Below, piece after piece: positions 1 through 7,382 of a stretch of 64,000 bases of DNA; positions within the stretch are counted from its first letter, which is position 1, and each line of letters opens with the position of its first letter. Source of the DNA: Hyalangium minutum (GTDB lineage: Bacteria > Myxococcota > Myxococcia > Myxococcales > Myxococcaceae); assembly GCF_000737315.1 (NCBI RefSeq), contig NZ_JMCB01000017.1, forward strand, positions 183,666 through 247,665. Reading direction: 5' to 3'. The notes under the pieces are model-generated. The model did not search any database, was not told the DNA's origin, and was given only the letters and a program-made list of their open reading frames with translations. The translations under genes were made by a program, and so were the position numbers.

Positions 1-2325
1 GTGCTTCTTGCCCATCTCCCGGACGGCCGTGACCTTGTCGGCCGGCATCAGCGGAGCGCGCGCCTCGTCGATGCCCACCTGAGCGGCGATCGCCTTGGCC
101 ACCCGGGCGTTGTCACCGGAGAGCATCACCGTCTGCGCGATGCCGATCTGCTTGAGGGTCTGGATGACGTGGTGCGCGCCGCTGCGAACGGTGTCCGCGA
201 CGCCAATCACCCCGAGGAACTGCCCGGCCCTGCGCACCACCATCGTGGTCTGCCCGGCCTCCTCGAGCTTCTGCACCTCCGCGTTGAGCTCCGCCGGGAA
301 CGTCTGGCCCTCGAACAGCGCCAGGTTGCCGACCTCGACGGCCTCCTCGCCGATCTTCGCGCGGATGCCCTTGCCGTGGATGGCCTCGCAGTCCTTACCC
401 GCGGGGGCCTGGACTTTGTGCTCGGTGGCGGCATCCACCACCGCGCGAGCCAGCGGGTGCGCGGAGAGAGACTCGACCGCCGCGGCGGTGCCGAGCAGCT
501 CATCGCGAGAGACACCGGCCACCGGAGCAATGGTCAGCACCTTGGGACGGCCCACCGTGAGCGTGCCCGTCTTGTCGAAAGCAATGGCCCGGATGCCGCC
601 GAGCAGCTCCAGGTAGATGCCGCCCTTGACGAGCACCCCGCCCCGGGCCGCCGCCGCGACCGCGGACAGCACCGCGGAGGGCGTGGAGATGGCCAGGGCG
701 CATGGAGACGCGGCGACGAGCAGCGACACTGCCCGCAGGATCGCCTCCTTGAACGGATAGCCGAGCACCACGAGCACCACCGGGAACACGATGGCCGCGA
801 TCATCACCAGCGGAGCGAAGGTCCGCTCCATGCGCTGAGCAAAGCGCTGGTTGGGACCCTTCTGGGCCTCGGCCTGAGCGACCATGTCCACCACGCGGGC
901 GAGCACGGACTCCGAGGACAGGTGCGTCACCTCGATCTCCAGCGCGGCCTCACTGTTGATGGTGCCAGAGAACACGTTGTCCCCCGGCTTCTTGGGCACC
1001 GGAATGGACTCACCGGTGATGGCGGCCTCTTCGAGCGAGCTCTTGCCCTCGCGGATGATGCCGTCGAGCGGGACGCGATCGCCGGGGCGCACGACGATCA
1101 TCTCGCCGCGCTGCACCTTGTCCACGGGGACCTCGACCACCTCGTTTCCACGACGGACCCGGGCCACCTCGGGACGCAGAGCGCCCAGCGCCTCGATGGA
1201 CCGGCGGGCGCGATCCATCGCGCGGTGCTCGAGCGCATGGCCAGCGCTGAAGAGGAAGAGCAGGAAGGCGCCCTCGAACCAGGCGCCGAGCACGGCCGCG
1301 CCAATGGCGGCCACGACCATCATGGTCTCGATGTCGATGCGCAGCTGAGCAATCGACTGGATGGAGCCGCGAATGGCGAAGAAACCACCGCTCGCCATGC
1401 TGAGGGCCCAGACGAGCGTCGGGACCAGGGCGGGCACGGAGGCATAGCGCTCCAGGAGCCAGCCCGCGACGAGCAGGGCGCCCGAAGCCACCACCAGCGG
1501 CAGCTCGAGCAAGGGGGCCAGACCACCACCGTGCGCGTGGTGCGAGCAGGCATGGCCTGCCATGGGCACTTCGAGCCCGTACCGGAGCGCCTTGACCTTC
1601 GCCTCGATATCCCCGAGCGAGATCTCCTCGCTGTCGTACTCGATGACAAGGCGCTCGCTGGCGTAAGCGACGCTCGCGGAGAGGACACCCTTCATGTGGC
1701 TGACGGCGTGCTCGATCACCGCCGCCGCGTCGGCCGAGTCCATGCCGCGCACGAACCACGTGAAGTGCTTGTAGCGCTTGGCGACGACTCCGCCGGTCTT
1801 CTTGGCCAGCTCGAGCAGCTGAGACGCGCTCACCAGCTCGGGCTGGTAGTGAATGCAAACCTCGGCGTAGCCGTTGTCGCGCCGAAGGTGGACATCCTGG
1901 ATGCCCTTCTGGGCCTCGAGGGCCTCCTCCAGCTTCTCGAAGCGGCCGACGTCATCCGTCTCGCCCGGCAGCGTGCCCTCCAGGTCGAGCTGGAGCGCGA
2001 CGCCTCCGCCCTCCGCAGGCCGATGCCCGGGAGGACGAATTCGCTTCGGCGGGTGGTGGTGATGACCATGGCCGTGACCATGATCGTGGTCATGGTTGCA
2101 GCTAGGACCATGAACATGCTCCTCGCCGTGGTCATGGCCGTGGTGGTCATGGCCATGGTGGTCATGGCCATGGTGGTCATGGCCGTGCGCATGACCATGG
2201 TCGTGATCATGGTCATGCTTACAGTCGGGGCCGTGCACGTGCTTCACGACAATCCCCTGGCCCGGCTTGGTGGCCGAGCCAGTGGAAAATCCCACCAGCT
2301 TCCCAAACTTCTTCGGCTCCGGCAT
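1..2325 (-). CDS. Heavy-metal-translocating P1B-type ATPase (SPC motif, P1B-4/CzcP-like), C-terminus cut off by window start
   Basis: Not in the ORF track; hand-translated from ATG at 2325: MPEPKKFGKLVGFSTGS..., His-rich tract, HMA-like domains, ITGESIPV (about 1000-1020), VAASPCALAISTP (SPC at 700-708), FDKTGTLT (about 556-579), MLSGDN near the window start. Confidence 0.93.
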   Translation of the reverse strand, partial: MPEPKKFGKLVGFSTGSATKPGQGIVVKHVHGPDCKHDHDHDHGHAHGHDHHGHDHHGHDHHGHDHGEEHVHGPSCNHDHDHGHGHGHHHHPPKRIRPPGHRPAEGGGVALQLDLEGTLPGETDDVGRFEKLEEALEAQKGIQDVHLRRDNGYAEVCIHYQPELVSASQLLELAKKTGGVVAKRYKHFTWFVRGMDSADAAAVIEHAVSHMKGVLSASVAYASERLVIEYDSEEISLGDIEAKVKALRYGLEVPMAGHACSHHAHGGGLAPLLELPLVVASGALLVAGWLLERYASVPALVPTLVWALSMASGGFFAIRGSIQSIAQLRIDIETMMVVAAIGAAVLGAWFEGAFLLFLFSAGHALEHRAMDRARRSIEALGALRPEVARVRRGNEVVEVPVDKVQRGEMIVVRPGDRVPLDGIIREGKSSLEEAAITGESIPVPKKPGDNVFSGTINSEAALEIEVTHLSSESVLARVVDMVAQAEAQKGPNQRFAQRMERTFAPLVMIAAIVFPVVLVVLGYPFKEAILRAVSLLVAASPCALAISTPSAVLSAVAAAARGGVLVKGGIYLELLGGIRAIAFDKTGTLTVGRPKVLTIAPVAGVSRDELLGTAAAVESLSAHPLARAVVDAATEHKVQAPAGKDCEAIHGKGIRAKIGEEAVEVGNLALFEGQTFPAELNAEVQKLEEAGQTTMVVRRAGQFLGVIGVADTVRSGAHHVIQTLKQIGIAQTVMLSGDNARVAKAIAAQVGIDEARAPLMPADKVTAVREMGKKH
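2053..2241 (-). repeat. His-rich low-complexity tract with 15-bp GHDHH repeats and two HVHGPxC motifs
   Basis: Translates as HVHGPDCKHDHDHDHGHAHGHDHHGHDHHGHDHHGHDHGEEHVHGPSCNHDHDHGHGHGHHHH. Confidence 0.9.
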
Positions 2326-2344
2326 GGCACTTCCTACTGGCTAG

Positions 2345-3325
2345 TTAGTGGCGATGACCGCCGTGCTTCCGAGCGGGAGGAGTCGCGGCAGCCACGGGCT
2401 CGGGCTCGTGGTGCTCCTCTTCCTCCTCGTCGTGGTGATCGTCGTCATGCTCCTCGGGGATAGGCTGGGTGAACTTCTGCCCCGCCACCTCGAGCGTGAA
2501 GGCCTTGCACTCGGCAGGCACGTCGAACTCGAGCACCGCCGGCAGGCGTCCCTCGTAGCTCTTGAGCACCTTGCCCTGCTCGTCCGTGACGGTGCCGCCA
2601 GCAGCGACGGTCATCGTCTCGTCCACGAGCACCGCCACCAGCTCGGCCATCTCCTCCATCCGATCCGCGATGCGGTGGCACCACAGGTGCCCCACTCCCG
2701 GGTACGTGACGTGGGAGACCTTCTCCATCTGCTCCTCGTCCACCTGGTCGCCCACGCCCACGAACACGAAGTTCATGCGCGGCAGGCGGCCCGCGGAGAT
2801 CTCCTTGGCCACCTGCGTGGCATAAGCCATCACGTCGTTGGGGTCGGAGATCTGCGAGTCGGTGATGATCACCGCCAGCCCGCGCTTGGCGCCCGCCCCC
2901 ACCTGCTGCTTGATGTGAGCGACGAAGTCGCGCAGCACCGGCAGCATGATGGTGGCCTTGCCGTAGAACTTCGGTCCCGGGAACCGGTAGCCCTTCGCCT
3001 GAGGTCCGGTGAGGTCACCCACCACCTCGAGCTGGGCACCGTCGCCCGTGGCCCAGTACGCCACGCGCACCGCGCCATCGCGGTCCTTGTTGGCCAGGTA
3101 CTCGAGCATCCACTGCATCTGGGGCTCGACCAGGTTCTTCACCGGCGCCAGCTTGGCGAGGATGCCGCGAGGGCCGTACTCGTCCTCCATGCTGGCCGAG
3201 CCGTCCATGTAGAGGGCCACATCGAGCCCTTCCACGGTCGGATCATGCAGCAGCGTGGCGACGACCGTGTTGCCCTTGCGGTGGACGTCGGAGAACGGTC
3301 GAACGATGACTTCGTGGCCAGCCAT
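2345..3325 (-). CDS. vWA-domain protein (TerF-type vWA-like), paralog 2, His/Glu-rich tail
   Basis: MIDAS YMDGSAS, IITD, FVGVG; tail EEHDDDHHDEEEEEHH...KHGGHRH. Confidence 0.8.
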   Translation of the reverse strand: MAGHEVIVRPFSDVHRKGNTVVATLLHDPTVEGLDVALYMDGSASMEDEYGPRGILAKLAPVKNLVEPQMQWMLEYLANKDRDGAVRVAYWATGDGAQLEVVGDLTGPQAKGYRFPGPKFYGKATIMLPVLRDFVAHIKQQVGAGAKRGLAVIITDSQISDPNDVMAYATQVAKEISAGRLPRMNFVFVGVGDQVDEEQMEKVSHVTYPGVGHLWCHRIADRMEEMAELVAVLVDETMTVAAGGTVTDEQGKVLKSYEGRLPAVLEFDVPAECKAFTLEVAGQKFTQPIPEEHDDDHHDEEEEEHHEPEPVAAATPPARKHGGHRH

Positions 3326-4266
3326 CAGTGGTGATCCTCGTCTTCGTCCTCGTCGTGGTGCTCTTCATCCGGCAGCGGCTGGGTGTAGCGCTGGCCGTTG
3401 ACCTCGAGCGTGAAGCTCTTGGCGCCCTCGGGCACGTCGAACTCGAGCACCGCGGGCAGGCGGCCCTCGTAGCTCTTCAGCACCTTGCCCTTGTCGTCGT
3501 AGATGGTGCCGCCCGCGGCCACCGTCATGTTCTCGTCCACGAGCACCGCGACCAGCTCGGCGACCTGGTTGATCTCCTTGGCGATGCGGTGGCACCACAG
3601 GTGGCCCACGCCCTTGTACTCGGTGTGGGCGATCTCCTCGAGCTGGTGCTCGTCCACGTCGTCACCGACGCCCACGAGCACGAAGTTGAGCCGAGGCAGG
3701 CGGCCGGCGGCGATCTCCTTGGCCACCTCGGCCGAGAAGATCTGCACTTCGTCCGCGTCGCTCAGGCGGCCATCCGTGACGACGACGGCGCAGCCGCGCT
3801 TGGCGCCTTCGGGGACCTGGGCCTTGAGGTAGCTCACGTAGTCCTTGAGCGCCGGCGTGAGGCACGTGTTGTTGCCGAGCTTCTTGGCGCCGGGGAACTT
3901 GTACTGCTTGACGTCCAAGCCCTTCAGCTCGCCGATCACCTCGATGTCCTTGCCGGTGGCGCCGCAGGCCCAGTAGGCCACGCGCAGCAAGCCGTTGCGA
4001 TCCTTGGTGGCCAGGTACTCGAGCATCCACTGCACCTGGGGCTCCACCTGGTTCGACGCCTCCTTCAGAGGCGCGCTGCGGAGCCACTCCAGAAAGCTGC
4101 GGGTGGGGCGCTTGTACTCGTACTCCTCGCGCATGCTGCCCGAAGCGTCCATGTAGATGGCCATGTCGAGGCCTTCCACGGTCGGATCGTGCAGGAGCAC
4201 CGCGCGGACCCGATCCCCCTCACGATGGAGATCCGAAAACGGCTCTACCGGCTTCTCGTGTCCCAT
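3325..4266 (-). CDS. vWA-domain protein (TerF-type vWA-like), paralog 1, His/Asp-rich tail
   Basis: MIDAS YMDASGS, VVTDG, LVGVG; tail DEEHHDEDEDEDHH; stop overlaps next start (TGATG at 3323-3327). Confidence 0.8.
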   Translation of the reverse strand: MGHEKPVEPFSDLHREGDRVRAVLLHDPTVEGLDMAIYMDASGSMREEYEYKRPTRSFLEWLRSAPLKEASNQVEPQVQWMLEYLATKDRNGLLRVAYWACGATGKDIEVIGELKGLDVKQYKFPGAKKLGNNTCLTPALKDYVSYLKAQVPEGAKRGCAVVVTDGRLSDADEVQIFSAEVAKEIAAGRLPRLNFVLVGVGDDVDEHQLEEIAHTEYKGVGHLWCHRIAKEINQVAELVAVLVDENMTVAAGGTIYDDKGKVLKSYEGRLPAVLEFDVPEGAKSFTLEVNGQRYTQPLPDEEHHDEDEDEDHH

Positions 4267-4329
4267 TGTTCCCCTTTCAGAAGTGGGCGAGACGGTAGCG
4301 CCCTCCAGCGGGGATCCGCAATGGGAGGC

Positions 4330-5685
4330 TCAGCTATCGAAGTCCTTCATCCAGTCCGGTTTTTGTTGCGGCTCCGGCTCAGGGGCCTTGGCCTTCTTCT
4401 CGCGCGGAGGAGCCTTCTTGGGCGCAGAGGCCGTGGGAGCGGCCGGAGCAGCGGGGGCCGAGCCAAAGTCAGCGAGCCACTCCGGCGGCTGGTTGGACTT
4501 CTTGGGAGGAAGCGCGGGGATATTGGGGCGCGACCGGGAGATCTTCGCCTTCTTCGTGCCACCCGGTGGCGTATGCGCGTCCAGGAAGTCCTTCATCCAG
4601 TCATTGGGCCGCGCGGGAGCCGGAGGCGGACGCGGCGGGATGGATTTCTGGACCACGGGCGTGGACGTGAGCGGGAGACTGGGGACGATGCCTGTCCGCA
4701 CCGGCGCGCTGTTGCCGGGACGGATCAGCGCACGGAGCGCGCTCTCCGCGTCATTGGGCCACCCGGGCAGGACTCCGAGGGCGCGGCGCGCCAGCTCGAC
4801 GAACTCGGCGGCCGTGGCCTCTTGAGGAACCTTCACCTTCTCTGCGGAGAGCAGGCCTGCCAGCTTCCCCACCAGCCCTCCGCGAGGCTTGCGCAGGATG
4901 GCCACGTCGCCATTCACCTCATAGCCGCGCGTCTCCAGATCCGCGATGGCCTGGATGCGGCTGGGCACGGGCAGCTCCATCAGCCGAAGCAGCTCCGGCC
5001 CCGAGTGCTCGCGGGCATTCTCCTGCAGCTGGGTGAGCACCGCGTAGAGGATGTCCGCCACGAGCCGATCATTGGCGGCGCTGCGCGTCTGCAGTTCCTC
5101 GGGCACGGCGGGATAAGCCAGGACCAGCCCGCGGCCCTCGGCGATGACCTCGGGGCGATCTCCCGGGAGCAACCCGTGGTAGCTGCGCTGCAGCGTCTTG
5201 ATCTCGGCGTCCGGGGCGTAGATGAAGGCATCCGCCGCGCCGTGCACCAGCCCCGCGAGCACCGCTCCACGGCTCACGGTGAGCTGGCCCGGGACGCGTT
5301 TCAGCTCCTCGCCCGGCCACGGGCCGATCAGGTTCCCATAGAGGTACACGGGATCATTCGCGCCCTCGGCCTCCTCCGGATGCTCGACGAGTTCCACCGT
5401 GAAGAAGAAAAGCTCGTGAGCGGCGATGCGGCGGGGCGAGCGGCCCGAGGTCACCTCATGGTGCGCGAGCTGGGCCTGGGCGCTGGCGGGCAACTGGGCG
5501 CGATCTCGGCCCGGCACAGCGAGGAGCTGACCCACCGCGTCGAGCCCGATGATCCACTCCTGCTCGCCGAGGTAGCGGACCTCCAGGCGGAACGTGTCCA
5601 CCACATTGACCAGGGCGGAGGCGTCCGGCCGGACGGGCTCGGCCGGAGTGGCTGCGTGTGGGACGAAGTAGCGGGGATGGCTCAC
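4330..5685 (-). CDS. Hypothetical protein with Pro-rich tail carrying three W-x-x-D-F motifs
   Basis: Long ORF co-oriented with the vWA genes; likely GTG start at 5685 (MSHPRYF...), track start TTG 5709; tail motifs PNDWMKDF, PPEWLADF, KPDWMKDF. Confidence 0.7.
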   Translation of the reverse strand: MSHPRYFVPHAATPAEPVRPDASALVNVVDTFRLEVRYLGEQEWIIGLDAVGQLLAVPGRDRAQLPASAQAQLAHHEVTSGRSPRRIAAHELFFFTVELVEHPEEAEGANDPVYLYGNLIGPWPGEELKRVPGQLTVSRGAVLAGLVHGAADAFIYAPDAEIKTLQRSYHGLLPGDRPEVIAEGRGLVLAYPAVPEELQTRSAANDRLVADILYAVLTQLQENAREHSGPELLRLMELPVPSRIQAIADLETRGYEVNGDVAILRKPRGGLVGKLAGLLSAEKVKVPQEATAAEFVELARRALGVLPGWPNDAESALRALIRPGNSAPVRTGIVPSLPLTSTPVVQKSIPPRPPPAPARPNDWMKDFLDAHTPPGGTKKAKISRSRPNIPALPPKKSNQPPEWLADFGSAPAAPAAPTASAPKKAPPREKKAKAPEPEPQQKPDWMKDFDS

Positions 5686-5740
5686 GGAGGAGCACCAAGG
5701 CTCGCCCAACCTGGACGGGAGCGCAAGCAGGCGCCCAGGA

Positions 5741-6448
5741 CTACGGAGCCGCCAGCGCCTTCAACAGCCCCTTGGCTCGGCGGGTGGAGCGGAGCATGAC
5801 GAGCTTCGCATCCGCCGAGTGCGGCGGCAGCGGCACCCACGACATGTACTGAATCTCCTGGCCCTCGCGCTTCCGCACGCCGCTCACGTACTGCGTGCCT
5901 CCCGTGTAGATGTCGATCCACGGCATGCACTCGTTGAGGTTGGCGTGCTTCGCGGTCTCGTCCTTCAGCTCCGTCACCGCCATGCAGGGGAACTCGGAGC
6001 AGTCCATGGAGACGAGCTCCATGGCGCCCATGGGGCACTCCTTCAGCGCGCGCTCGAGGTTCTTCTTGAAGCCCTCGGGGGTGTACGGCTCGGTGATGCC
6101 GGCCGGGAACGGGAGCGGCTGGAACTGATCCGCGCCGGGCTTGCTCGCACGGAAGGCGGGCGGCGGAGGTGGAGCGGGCGGCGGAGGCGGCGTGTCCTGC
6201 GGCGGCGTGCGCACCTCCAGCGGCTGGGAGAGCTCGGCGAGCTTGCGCTCCATCTCTCGCAGTTGTTCCGGGTTCACCGCCGGTGAGATCGGCGGCAGCG
6301 GAAGAGGCTGGGTGTGCGAGCTGAGGGCGAGCGCCGGAGGGAGGACGACCTGCGGCTTGCTGGTGAACGACAGGACGACCCGGAGCCCCGACACGATGAC
6401 GAAGAGCACCAGGAAGAGGGAGCCGCGCTTCTTGAGAGGGTTCTGCAC
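5741..6448 (-). CDS. Hypothetical single-pass membrane protein
   Basis: N-terminal hydrophobic segment, Pro-rich linker, Cys-containing C-terminal domain (ECP...DCSEFPC...EC). Confidence 0.65.
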   Translation of the reverse strand: MQNPLKKRGSLFLVLFVIVSGLRVVLSFTSKPQVVLPPALALSSHTQPLPLPPISPAVNPEQLREMERKLAELSQPLEVRTPPQDTPPPPPAPPPPPAFRASKPGADQFQPLPFPAGITEPYTPEGFKKNLERALKECPMGAMELVSMDCSEFPCMAVTELKDETAKHANLNECMPWIDIYTGGTQYVSGVRKREGQEIQYMSWVPLPPHSADAKLVMLRSTRRAKGLLKALAAP

Positions 6449-6573
6449 GAGAGACCTCGCTTCGGGTCCATCATGACACCCATTGGGGTGGGCAGGTTTT
6501 TCCTACATAATCCGGCCCAAGCTGGGGGAAACCACACACTGAGGCCGGACAGCCGTCTCACCAGGTCACGCCA

Positions 6574-7365
6574 ATGACTGCGCTCAAGAGAAACAACGTC
6601 CGGGTTTTGGGAAATGGGAAGCAACCCATCGTCTTCGCTCACGGCTACGGCTGTGATCAGGCCATGTGGCGCTTCATCACGCCCGCGTTCCGCGAGAACT
6701 ACCAGCTGATCCTCTTCGACCACGTGGGCGCGGGCCAGTCGGACCTCTCGGCCTACAGCCGCAGCAAGTACGGCAGCCTGCGAGGCTACGCGGAGGACGT
6801 GCTGGAGATCTGCCGCGAGCTGGACCTGAAGGACACCCTCTTCGTCGGGCACTCTGTGAGCAGCATGATCGGGGTGCTGGCCGGCATTGCCGAGCCGGCC
6901 CGATTCTCGAAGCTGGTCCTGATCGGCCCCTCGCCCTGCTACATCAACGATGGCGACTACGTAGGTGGGTTCAACCGGCCTGACATCGAGGGACTGCTGG
7001 AGTCGCTCGAGAGCAACTACCTGGGCTGGTCCAGCTCCATGGCGCCCGCCATCATGGGCAACCCGGATCGCCCGGAGCTGGGGGCGGAGCTCACCAACAG
7101 CTTCTGCCGCACCAACCCGGAGATCGCCAAGCACTTCGCCCGCGTCACCTTCCTGTCCGACAACCGGAATGATCTGCCGAAGCTGAAGGTCCCCTCGCTG
7201 ATCCTCCAGTGCAGCGACGACCTGATCGCTCCCGAAGCCGTGGGGCGCTACCTGCACCAACATCTGGGGGACAGTGAGCTCCGGGTGCTGAAAGCCACCG
7301 GGCACTGTCCCCATCTCAGCGCTCCAGAGGAGACGATCGAGGCCATGCGAGCCTATCTCTCCTGA
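6574..7365 (+). CDS. rsbQ: RsbQ/KAI2-D14-like alpha/beta hydrolase
   Basis: NNVRVLGNG, FAHGYGCDQAMW, GHSVS nucleophile, IGPSPCYIND, GHCPHLSAP. Confidence 0.9.
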   Translation: MTALKRNNVRVLGNGKQPIVFAHGYGCDQAMWRFITPAFRENYQLILFDHVGAGQSDLSAYSRSKYGSLRGYAEDVLEICRELDLKDTLFVGHSVSSMIGVLAGIAEPARFSKLVLIGPSPCYINDGDYVGGFNRPDIEGLLESLESNYLGWSSSMAPAIMGNPDRPELGAELTNSFCRTNPEIAKHFARVTFLSDNRNDLPKLKVPSLILQCSDDLIAPEAVGRYLHQHLGDSELRVLKATGHCPHLSAPEETIEAMRAYLS

Positions 7366-7382
7366 GCGAAGGCGGTGGGGTC

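Noticed and set aside
1-2463. 820-aa plus-strand ORF
   Set aside because: In-register antisense shadow of the minus-strand P-type ATPase; no recognisable motifs.
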